A stretch of 38,841 nt of DNA from Chryseobacterium gleum (GTDB lineage: Bacteria > Bacteroidota > Bacteroidia > Flavobacteriales_D > Crocinitomicaceae). This document shows positions 27,025-34,570 of this stretch, piece after piece (positions within the stretch are counted from its first letter, which is position 1; each line of letters begins with the position of its first letter). A model generated the notes under the pieces. That model saw nothing but the letters and a program-made list of their open reading frames with translations, searched no databases and was not told where the DNA came from. The stretch is taken from contig CALPSU020000001.1 of the NCBI GenBank assembly GCA_943326315.2, forward strand, positions 1-38,841. The letters run 5' to 3'. The position numbers and the translations under genes are program-made.

Positions 27025-27046
27025 TGTTTTGTATTACATTTTACCT

Positions 27047-27054
27047 CAAATGTA
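27047..27054 (-). promoter_or_regulatory. -7 box TACATTTG for the beta-helix lipoprotein gene
   Basis: Exact TAnnTTTG match on the minus strand, 22 nt upstream of the ATG at 27024. Confidence 0.4.
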
Positions 27055-27116
27055 ACGTAAACAAATTAAAGTTTATTTTAATTTAAAAAAAAATGATGTG
27101 TTTTTAAAAACTTTGA

Positions 27117-27124
27117 TTAAATTT
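27117..27124 (+). promoter_or_regulatory. -7 box TAAATTTG for the L31 gene
   Basis: Exact TAnnTTTG match, 48 nt upstream of the ATG at 27173. Confidence 0.45.
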
Positions 27125-27172
27125 GCACTCCCTTTAATAAAGGAACTTTAAATAGCATATAATAAAATTAAA

Positions 27173-27430
27173 ATGAGAAAAGATATACACCCAGAAGATT
27201 ACAGAATGGTAGTATTCAAAGATATGTCAAATGACTATTCTTTTATTTGTCCATCTTGCGCTACAACTAGCGAAACTATTAAATGGGAAGATGGTGTTGA
27301 ATATCCATTATTTAAATTGGATATCTCGCACAAATCTCACCCGTTCTTTACAGGTATTGTTCAATTTGTGGATACTGCAGGTCGTATTGATAAGTTTCAA
27401 AATCGTTACGCGAAAACAATCAAGAAATAA
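27173..27430 (+). CDS. rpmE2: 50S ribosomal protein L31, type B
   Basis: 85 aa with MRKDIHPEDY...VVFKD.S.D..F...ETIKWEDGVEYPLFKLDISHKSHPFFTG...GRIDKFQNRY, which matches the type-B (YtiA-like) pattern. Only one CxxC pair (CPSC) is retained. Confidence 0.9.
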   Translation: MRKDIHPEDYRMVVFKDMSNDYSFICPSCATTSETIKWEDGVEYPLFKLDISHKSHPFFTGIVQFVDTAGRIDKFQNRYAKTIKK

Positions 27431-27451
27431 TTTATTATTGAAAGATATAAA

Positions 27452-27478
27452 AGCCTCCTTATTGGGGGCTTTTTTTTT
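27452..27478 (+). terminator. Rho-independent terminator after rpmE2
   Basis: AGCCTCC-TTATT-GGGGGCT hairpin at 27452-27470 with one G-U pair, followed by a T9 run. Confidence 0.7.
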
Positions 27479-27511
27479 GAAAATATTTTCATTAATAAAA
27501 CTTGTGTTTTA

Positions 27512-27531
27512 AGTCTTGCAGTCTTGCAGTC
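27512..27531 (+). repeat. Tandem octamer AGTCTTGC x2.5
   Basis: AGTCTTGC occurs at 27512-19 and 27520-27, followed by a partial AGTC. The repeat lies between the rpmE2 terminator and the WG-repeat gene start. Confidence 0.8.
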
Positions 27532-27538
27532 TATTTCT

Positions 27539-27546
27539 TACCTTTG
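27539..27546 (+). promoter_or_regulatory. Possible -7 box TACCTTTG immediately before the GTG start of the WG-repeat gene
   Basis: Exact TAnnTTTG match, but only 3 nt before the GTG at 27550, so a role as promoter for that start is doubtful. Confidence 0.25.
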
Positions 27547-27549
27547 AAT

Positions 27550-29676
27550 GTGAAATCATATATTAAGATACTTTTTGCTTCAGTAGCAATATTCTTTTTC
27601 TCTCTTTCAATTAAAGCTAGCGGAATAGAAAAAGGATATATTGCATTAAAGGAATATAATTACTTTGAAGCAAAGAAAATTTTCACTAAATCTTTAAAAA
27701 AAGATTCTTCAGCTGCTGGATTTGGTTTAGCAACTATCTTTTTTAGAAATGATAATCCTTTTCACGCTTTAGATTCGGCTTATAAATACATTTGTATTTC
27801 TGAACGAAATTTTATTTTTGTTGGAGATCCAGAAAAAATAAAACTTCGACAATATGGTTTTGATTATTTGAATATCATTAACCTACGTCAGAAGATTAGT
27901 TTACAGTATTACGAATTTGCTTTAAAAGAAAATACTGTTTTAGGATTTGAGAACTTTATTCAAAAAAATGATTGGTCAAATGAACGTTTTCAGGCAATTT
28001 ATAAAAGGGATTCGTTAGCATTTGAAAGTGCCGTAAAAATTAATACGTCTATTGAATTACGATCTTTCATGGCTAAATATCCTTCGAGCGAATTTATCAG
28101 GGATGCTCAAAAAGTTTTAGAATTGTGTCAATATAAAGAAGTGACAGCAAGTGGAACAATGGATTCATATATTTCATTTTGTAAAGATTATTCTAGAAAT
28201 CGATATGTAAAAGACGCAGAAGATAAAATATATGAATTGTCAATTATTAATAAAAAGTTGGATGAATATTATCTATTTATTGAAAACTTTCCATTCAATA
28301 GGAATGTAGAGGTTGCTTGGAGAAATGTGTACAAACTTTTTTTAGTTGATTATTCAGATGATAGAATATTGAGTTTTCAAAATTCGTACCCTAATTATCC
28401 ATTCCAGTCTGAATTACAACAAGATATAAAATTTTCTAAACGTTTACTTGTACCTTTTAAAGAAGGGTTATTGTATGGTTTTATGGATTATGAAGGTGCA
28501 CCAATTATTCAACCTGAATATGATTATGTAGGTTTTTTTAGTGAAGGAGTTGCTGTTGTAATGAAAAATGGTAAATATGGATTTATTGATAAAGGAAATA
28601 ATTTAATTATTGATCTTTTATATGATTCAGCAATTGATTTCGAAGGTGGACGTGCAATTGTAGGATTAAAAGATAAATTCGGAATAATAAATAGAGTTGG
28701 TCATATCATATTACCAATTGATTTTGAGGATTTAGGAACCTTTTCAGAAGGCTTAATTTATGGGAAAAAGGATAGTCTTTTTGGTTATTATGATAATTCT
28801 GGTTTTCAGCGTTTAGAAGAAAAGTATTCAGAGGCTTTTTCCTTCTCAAATGGAATTGCAAAAGTTCAATTAGGAAGAAAACAAGCTTTTATTGATACTT
28901 ATGGAGCATTAATAGTATCACCAGTTTTTGAATCGATACATTTTTTTAATGATTCTTTACTTGTATTTGAGAAAGAAGGTCGTTTTGGCATTTGTCGAAA
29001 AAATGGAACTTTAATAGATTCGATTAAATACGATATGATAGGTCTATTGTCTACAGATAGGGCTATCGTTACAAACAAAGGAAAGTTAGGGTATATAAAC
29101 GGCGAGGGTAAATTAATAATTGATATGAAATTTGATGAATTTCCAAATTTCATTGAAGTAGGTCAGTATAAAGGCGCTTATGCTGTAATTAGAATAAAAG
29201 GTAAATATGGTGTTATTGATCATCTTGGGAAAATAATTATTCCAGCAACTTATCTTCATTTAGGGAAGTTTAGCTCTCTAATAGCATTTACAAAAGGGAA
29301 AGGTTGGGGATTTTTAGATCTACTTAATAATCCTGTCATTTCAGCACAATTTGATTTTGCAGAAAGCTTTAACGACGGCTTTGCTGTTGTAGAGAAAGAT
29401 ACATTATTAGGTTTAATAAATCCTCAGGGCATAGTTACACTTCCGATTACTTTTAATGAGATTAATAGGATTGATAAAAATAGGGTTATGGTTGGTTTAA
29501 AATATCTTCATGGTATTTATTCTGTAACTGGCGAAGTAATAGTACCTATTGAATATCAGCAAATTCGAATAATAGATAAAGATTTTTTAATTTTAACGAA
29601 GCAAGATGAGGTTCATTATTTGTATCTTCCGCAAAATAAAATTATTAAGCCAAATCCAAAAGTAGGGGATGAATAA
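27550..29676 (+). CDS. Exported WG-repeat (KWG) protein with N-terminal helical-repeat region
   Basis: The signal-like N-terminus appears only if translation starts at GTG 27550 (VKSYIKILFASVAIFFFSLSIKASG); the track uses TTG at 27502. The N-half has about five copies of x-F-x-x-x-YP-x-S/N-x-F/Y...A units. The C-half has about a dozen repeats such as GKYGFID..G..ii...YD....F.eG.A.V. Confidence 0.75.
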   Translation: MKSYIKILFASVAIFFFSLSIKASGIEKGYIALKEYNYFEAKKIFTKSLKKDSSAAGFGLATIFFRNDNPFHALDSAYKYICISERNFIFVGDPEKIKLRQYGFDYLNIINLRQKISLQYYEFALKENTVLGFENFIQKNDWSNERFQAIYKRDSLAFESAVKINTSIELRSFMAKYPSSEFIRDAQKVLELCQYKEVTASGTMDSYISFCKDYSRNRYVKDAEDKIYELSIINKKLDEYYLFIENFPFNRNVEVAWRNVYKLFLVDYSDDRILSFQNSYPNYPFQSELQQDIKFSKRLLVPFKEGLLYGFMDYEGAPIIQPEYDYVGFFSEGVAVVMKNGKYGFIDKGNNLIIDLLYDSAIDFEGGRAIVGLKDKFGIINRVGHIILPIDFEDLGTFSEGLIYGKKDSLFGYYDNSGFQRLEEKYSEAFSFSNGIAKVQLGRKQAFIDTYGALIVSPVFESIHFFNDSLLVFEKEGRFGICRKNGTLIDSIKYDMIGLLSTDRAIVTNKGKLGYINGEGKLIIDMKFDEFPNFIEVGQYKGAYAVIRIKGKYGVIDHLGKIIIPATYLHLGKFSSLIAFTKGKGWGFLDLLNNPVISAQFDFAESFNDGFAVVEKDTLLGLINPQGIVTLPITFNEINRIDKNRVMVGLKYLHGIYSVTGEVIVPIEYQQIRIIDKDFLILTKQDEVHYLYLPQNKIIKPNPKVGDE

Positions 29677-30445
29677 TTTTTTCAATTTTATTGATAAATA
29701 TAAATTCGGTATTATAGCTGCATTTGCAACTTATATTGGGATATTTATGTATTTGCAATTGACTTCTATTCCTGAATATTTTGAGATTAAACCTTTTACT
29801 GAAGGAGCTAGACTTGAAAAGCCAAAAGAAGAAGTAGCTTTAAAACCTGAAAACATAGAAGTTCCACCACAATTTGAAGCTGGAAAAGTGACAAATACAG
29901 CTCGGGATATGAATGACAATCGTTCTCGCTCTGAGGAGGATTGGACAGCTACAAAATCCACTTCAGAAGATGTTGAAAAAATGGTTCGCGAAGAAGAAAG
30001 AAAAATGTTTGAAGAAACTGGAGGAGCCGCAAAAAGGAAAGCGATTCAACAAATGGATGAAGAACGAAAAAAGAACGAAAAAAATAAATCAAATACTCCT
30101 GTTAAATCAACTAATTCACAAACAGGAAGTAATAATGCTGTAAAAGGAAATGTAATGGTTGAATGGTCTTTACAGAATAGGATGCCTCATCAAAATAATG
30201 AATGGAACGTTCGGAATCCTGGTTACACTTGTGGTCATGGATCTACAGGTAGAGTTGTTATAGTAATAAAAGTTGGACAAGATGGAAGAGTTGTTAGTGC
30301 TTCTGCTGAAGCTAGCGGAAGTTCGACCGCTAATTCTTGTATGATTGAACAGGCACTTAAATATGCTAAACTTTCTCGCTTCGATTATTCTCCAACCGAA
30401 GTAAATCAAAGCGGTAAGATATATTACACTTTTATATCTCAATAA
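29669..30445 (+). CDS. Membrane-anchored protein with charged linker and TonB C-terminal-like domain
   Basis: 258 aa with an N-terminal TM segment (FGIIAAFATYIGIFMYLQL) and a Lys/Glu-rich linker. The C-terminal ...GRVVIVIKVGQDGRVVSASAE...CMIEQALKYAKLSRFDY...GKIYYTF resembles TonB_C. There is an 8-nt overlap with the WG-repeat gene. Confidence 0.55.
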   Translation: MNNFFNFIDKYKFGIIAAFATYIGIFMYLQLTSIPEYFEIKPFTEGARLEKPKEEVALKPENIEVPPQFEAGKVTNTARDMNDNRSRSEEDWTATKSTSEDVEKMVREEERKMFEETGGAAKRKAIQQMDEERKKNEKNKSNTPVKSTNSQTGSNNAVKGNVMVEWSLQNRMPHQNNEWNVRNPGYTCGHGSTGRVVIVIKVGQDGRVVSASAEASGSSTANSCMIEQALKYAKLSRFDYSPTEVNQSGKIYYTFISQ

Positions 30446-30458
30446 TGAATTTTTCACT

Positions 30459-30764
30459 ATGTCGGAATTAGATAAAATTAAAATTATAATATTTAAAGCG
30501 ATTGATGAATTTAATTTATCTCAAGAATTTGAGAATAAATTAGATAAAATGGAGGAAGAAATTCTTTTTTCAAGAGCTGGATTTACAGGAAATGGGAAAT
30601 TAGACAGTTTGACGTTGGTTTATTTTTTGGTTACAATTGAAGAGTATTTACAAAAGGAAATAGATTTAAATTATAATCTTCAAATTCAAAATTTGATTGA
30701 TAATAAAGAGAAAGAATTAAAGAATATTTCTTCTTTAATGAATTATGTAAAAAACTCACTATAA
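30459..30764 (+). CDS. Standalone acyl/peptidyl carrier protein
   Basis: 101 aa with the phosphopantetheine attachment motif GKLDSLTLVYFLVTIEE (Ser50, codon 30606-30608). Starts 13 nt after the upstream gene and ends 7 nt before the FkbH-like gene. Confidence 0.75.
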   Translation: MSELDKIKIIIFKAIDEFNLSQEFENKLDKMEEEILFSRAGFTGNGKLDSLTLVYFLVTIEEYLQKEIDLNYNLQIQNLIDNKEKELKNISSLMNYVKNSL

Positions 30765-30771
30765 GATAACT

Positions 30772-32445
30772 ATGAAAATTCTTTTGATCTCTGATTTTTC
30801 AATAAATAATCTTTCTGGGTATTTAAAAAATGATTTATTAGATCAGAAATTACAGACTATAATCGCACCCTTTAACCAGGTTCATCAAACTTTAATTTCG
30901 GATTCAAACGATTGTTGGATTGACAAACCAGATTATGCTTTTGTATGGACACAGCCAGAAAGAATCTTAAATACTTTTCAGACGTTTCTTAATAATGAAA
31001 AGTTTGAAATGGATAAACTTATTCAAGAAATTCAAGATTTTTCAAATTTATTAATTTTGGCAAGTCAAAGGGTTTCGTCTTTGTTTGTTGCCAATTGGAC
31101 AGTTGATTTAAGTCTAAATTATCGTGGAATAGTAAATACAAAATCAGGAATTGGTGTAGTTGAAGTGTTGTCTAAAATGAATTCAACCCTTGAGCGATCT
31201 TTATCTACAATTCCGAATATATTTATACTTAATAGTCAGAAATGGATATCTAATTCAGGTAATATAGCGTATAGTCCAAAACTATGGTATTTAAGTAAAA
31301 CACCTTTTCATACATCTGTATTTTCAAGCGCTTCCAAAGATATTTCATCTTGTATTAAAAGTGAAAAAGGAGGCTCTAGAAAATTAATTATTACGGATTT
31401 GGATAATACACTTTGGGGAGGTGTTGTTGGAGATGTTGGTTATGAAAATCTAATTTTAGGTGGACATAATCCAATCGGAGAAGCTTATAAAGACTTTCAA
31501 TTAGCTTTGAAATCTATATCAAATTTAGGCGTTGTTTTAGCTATTACAAGTAAAAATGAAGAATCAGTTGCTTTAAAAGCTATTGAGGACCATCCAGAAA
31601 TGGTTTTGAGGAAGGATAGTTTTGTTTCTTGGAGAATAAATTGGGATGATAAGGCAAAAAATATTTTTGAAATTTCTCAAGAGTTAAATTTAGGATTGGA
31701 TTCAATAGTTTTTTTAGACGATAATCCTTTTGAAAGGGAAAGGGTAAAACATTCTTTGCCTGAAGTATTTGTTCCCGAATTACCAAAAGATCCAATGTTA
31801 TATAGGCAATTTTTATTGCAATTGGATTGTTTTAACTCCAATGCAATAAGTGAGGAAGATTTAAAACGGACAGAATTATACGCTTTGGAAAAGCAAAGGA
31901 ATGTGCATAAAAATGGCTTTAATGATTTGGAAGAATGGTTGAAATCGATTGATATAAAAGTGAAATGTGAAAAAATTAATGATGAAAATTTTCAACGTGC
32001 TTTACAATTATTGAATAAGACAAATCAAATGAATTTGATGACTGCTCGATATTCTGAAAAAGAGTTGTTGGATAAAAGTTTTGAAGAGAATAGTTTTACA
32101 TATACTTTTTCGGTAAAAGATAATTTTGGAGATGCTGGTTTAACTGGAGTAATCGGTTTAAAAAAGGTGCAAAATGTATTATTTTTTACTGATTTCGTAT
32201 TGAGTTGTAGGGTAATAGGAAGAAAAATAGAGGAAACTATGCTTTCTGTGGCATTTCGTATTGCAAAAGAAAATGGCTGTTCCAAATTGATAGCGAATTA
32301 CAGTAGAACAGATAAAAATAAACCTTGTCATGATTTTTTTAAATCTTCAGGATTTGAGCAAAAGGATGAAATTTTTGTTTGGGATCTCAAAACAAGCTAT
32401 GTAAGACCTTATTACATTGATTTAGAAATGAATGATTTTATTTGA
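30772..32445 (+). CDS. FkbH-like HAD-IIIC phosphatase / acyl-ACP loader
   Basis: 557 aa. HAD motifs are ITDLDNTLWGG (D209/D211), ITSKN, WDDKAKN and FLDDNPFE. FkbH C-domain motifs are NKTNQMNLMTARYS, DNFGDAGLTG and LSCRVIGR (Cys479). Confidence 0.85.
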   Translation: MKILLISDFSINNLSGYLKNDLLDQKLQTIIAPFNQVHQTLISDSNDCWIDKPDYAFVWTQPERILNTFQTFLNNEKFEMDKLIQEIQDFSNLLILASQRVSSLFVANWTVDLSLNYRGIVNTKSGIGVVEVLSKMNSTLERSLSTIPNIFILNSQKWISNSGNIAYSPKLWYLSKTPFHTSVFSSASKDISSCIKSEKGGSRKLIITDLDNTLWGGVVGDVGYENLILGGHNPIGEAYKDFQLALKSISNLGVVLAITSKNEESVALKAIEDHPEMVLRKDSFVSWRINWDDKAKNIFEISQELNLGLDSIVFLDDNPFERERVKHSLPEVFVPELPKDPMLYRQFLLQLDCFNSNAISEEDLKRTELYALEKQRNVHKNGFNDLEEWLKSIDIKVKCEKINDENFQRALQLLNKTNQMNLMTARYSEKELLDKSFEENSFTYTFSVKDNFGDAGLTGVIGLKKVQNVLFFTDFVLSCRVIGRKIEETMLSVAFRIAKENGCSKLIANYSRTDKNKPCHDFFKSSGFEQKDEIFVWDLKTSYVRPYYIDLEMNDFI

Positions 32446-32456
32446 TTAATAAACAT

Positions 32457-32861
32457 TTATTTTTCTTCTTCAACGATTTCAATTATTTCAAAAGTAGGAG
32501 AAGATAAAAAGATAACTCGTCTGTTATTAAAAGCAATAGCAGGTTGCGGTTTACTTAAAGCAATAAATTTATTAGAAAGACACCTTTTTATGTCTTCGTC
32601 AAAATTATTAGCAACAAAACACATATGGTATAGCCCACCTTTTTTCTTTTGTAATATTTGATTGACAGGGCTTTCTTCATTTAATGGTTCAATTAATTCT
32701 AATCGTACTCCATTAGAACTAGTTGCAAAGGCAATTTTGCAATTTTGAATTGGATCTATAATAATCTCACTTAATTCAGGTATTCCAAGGATTGGACTTA
32801 ACATAGAAGAAAAATAATCTTCAATATTTTTGACTGCAATACCAACGTGATCGAATTCCAT
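32457..32861 (-). CDS. VOC-family protein, methylmalonyl-CoA epimerase-like
   Basis: 134 aa with MEFDHVGIAV..., ...RLELIEP..., ...GGLYHMCF... and ...EIIEIVE. These match the His/Glu metal-ligand spacing of glyoxalase-fold epimerases. Confidence 0.7.
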   Translation of the reverse strand: MEFDHVGIAVKNIEDYFSSMLSPILGIPELSEIIIDPIQNCKIAFATSSNGVRLELIEPLNEESPVNQILQKKKGGLYHMCFVANNFDEDIKRCLSNKFIALSKPQPAIAFNNRRVIFLSSPTFEIIEIVEEEK

Positions 32862-32931
32862 TTTTATTTATTATTAATTCATGCTTTGCTTTTCTAGATC
32901 TAAAATACGATTAAAATATGAAGTATTAGAT

Positions 32932-32950
32932 TTCCTGTTTAAAACAGGAA
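32932..32950. promoter_or_regulatory. 19-bp palindrome TTCCTGTTT-A-AAACAGGAA in the divergent intergenic region
   Basis: Perfect 9-bp arms around a single central base. It lies between the VOC start (32861, minus strand) and the methyltransferase start (32998, plus strand). Confidence 0.4.
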
Positions 32951-32997
32951 GATTCTTTTTATCTTCGTGCCTAATCATAATTTAAAATAGTATTACT

Positions 32998-33762
32998 TTG
33001 ATTTTAGCTATTGACATAATTCAAATAATTACAACAGTTATATTTGCTGCACTACTTTTTTTGGGGTTTAAATTTTTTGAATCAACTTGGTCTTATACTA
33101 TCAGTAAGCCTAATAAATGGGAAAGTAGTTTACTGACTGGAGATATCTCTAAAAAATTAAAAAAGCTTGAAAGAACTTATAAGGATCGCGTTCGATTTTA
33201 TAATTTTTGGTTTCAAATTGAACGTTTAAAACGAGATAATGTTGAAGGTGCATTTGTAGAATTAGGAGTTTATCAAGGGGAAACAGCTGAAATTATACAT
33301 GAAATGGATTTGACTAGAGGTTTTCATTTATTCGATACTTTTGAAGGTTTTGATGACAAAGATTTACTTTTAGAGAAAAATAAAGACGATCGATACACAA
33401 CAAATAATTTTTCAGATACGCAATTAAATAAAGTAAAAGAAATCTTTAAAGGTAGTTCAAATGTGTTTTTTTATAAAGGTTATTTCCCAGATACTACTGT
33501 AGATTTGAAAGAAAAAAAAATTGCATTTGTGAATATCGATGCAGACTTATATAAACCTACTATCTCTGCCCTGGAATATTTTTACCCCAAGTTATCTCCA
33601 GGTGGTGTTATTATTGTTCACGATTATAATCACAATTGGGATGGGGCAAAACAAGCGTTAGATGAATTTATTATAACTATTCCTGAATGTTTGATTGAAA
33701 TACCTGATTGGCAAGGTAGTGCCATGATAATAAAAAATCAAACACCAACTATTAAAAATTAA
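32998..33762 (+). CDS. TylF/MycF/NovP-type O-methyltransferase with N-terminal hydrophobic segment (TTG start)
   Basis: 254 aa with ELGVYQGETA (SAM glycine-rich loop), FDTFEGF and VNIDADLYKPT...IIVHDY metal/SAM motifs of the macrocin-O-methyltransferase family. The first ~30 aa (ILAIDIIQIITTVIFAALLFLGFKFF) are hydrophobic. Confidence 0.75.
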   Translation: MILAIDIIQIITTVIFAALLFLGFKFFESTWSYTISKPNKWESSLLTGDISKKLKKLERTYKDRVRFYNFWFQIERLKRDNVEGAFVELGVYQGETAEIIHEMDLTRGFHLFDTFEGFDDKDLLLEKNKDDRYTTNNFSDTQLNKVKEIFKGSSNVFFYKGYFPDTTVDLKEKKIAFVNIDADLYKPTISALEYFYPKLSPGGVIIVHDYNHNWDGAKQALDEFIITIPECLIEIPDWQGSAMIIKNQTPTIKN

Positions 33763-33769
33763 ATATCAA

Positions 33770-34570
33770 GTGTACATTCCATATCAAAAAATAGCGGAAA
33801 ATTTAGGATTAAAAGAAGACGATACTCTTTTGATTGCATCTGATATTTCGAAATTGGCGTATAATACGTTCAAAAACAAAGAAAAATTAAACAGTAATTT
33901 ACTTGTTGATAGTTTTAAGAAAGTTTTAAAAGATGGGACATTACTTTTTCCTGCCTTTATAGATGATTTTAAAGATGGTGATGTTTTTGATAAATTGAAA
34001 AATGCTCCTGAAATGGGAGCTTTGTCTAAATTAACATTTGAACGAGTAGATTTTATTCGTAGTTCAGATCCACTTCATTCATTTATGCTTTTCGGAAGAG
34101 ATGCAGATGATTTGTCAGAAATAGTAAGTGATTCAACTTTTGGAAGTAAATCTATTTTTGCTTATTTAAAAAATAAAAAAGCTAAAATGTTACTGATTGA
34201 CGTTGATTTAGAACATAGTTTCACTTTTGCACATTATGTTGAAGAAGATCAAAAGGTATCGTATAGGAAGTATTTGGATCTGAAATATAAATCAGTGAAT
34301 GAAAGTGGAAGATTGGAAGATAAAGTTTTAAAAGTTTATACAAAAAAAGCAGGAATTGTAAATACGTTAAATTCTTTAGAATCCTTACTTATTGAAAAAG
34401 GAGCAATGGGTAAAATTGAAATAAATGAAAGCATATTTAGATTAATTCATCTCGATACAGCCTTTGATGTAATTCAGGATGATATTCAAAATAATAAAGC
34501 TCAAAATCTGTATCGTTTTGAATTTAATAATTTTATAAAAACATCTTTGAAATCAGTTCTGAAAAGATGA
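33770..34570 (+). CDS. AAC(3)-fold (aminoglycoside N3-acetyltransferase family) acyltransferase, GTG start
   Basis: 266 aa. The N-terminal pattern ...LGLKEDDTLLIASDISKL...VDSFKKVLKDGTLLFPAF... matches by eye the G....l.vHsS...lG......l.....GTL.mP.f signature of the family. Confidence 0.6.
   Translation: MYIPYQKIAENLGLKEDDTLLIASDISKLAYNTFKNKEKLNSNLLVDSFKKVLKDGTLLFPAFIDDFKDGDVFDKLKNAPEMGALSKLTFERVDFIRSSDPLHSFMLFGRDADDLSEIVSDSTFGSKSIFAYLKNKKAKMLLIDVDLEHSFTFAHYVEEDQKVSYRKYLDLKYKSVNESGRLEDKVLKVYTKKAGIVNTLNSLESLLIEKGAMGKIEINESIFRLIHLDTAFDVIQDDIQNNKAQNLYRFEFNNFIKTSLKSVLKR

Noticed and set aside
27173-27430. L31 type B as a sign of a Zur-regulated zinc-sparing paralogue switch.
   Set aside because: No type-A L31 gene or recognisable Zur-box palindrome is visible nearby. 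Type-B-like L31 is, to my knowledge, commonly the resident form in Bacteroidota. This is therefore an ordinary housekeeping gene.
33770-34570. AAC(3)-family gene as an aminoglycoside resistance determinant.
   Set aside because: It is translationally coupled to biosynthetic-type genes and has no mobile or resistance context. It is treated as a biosynthetic acyltransferase pending an assay.
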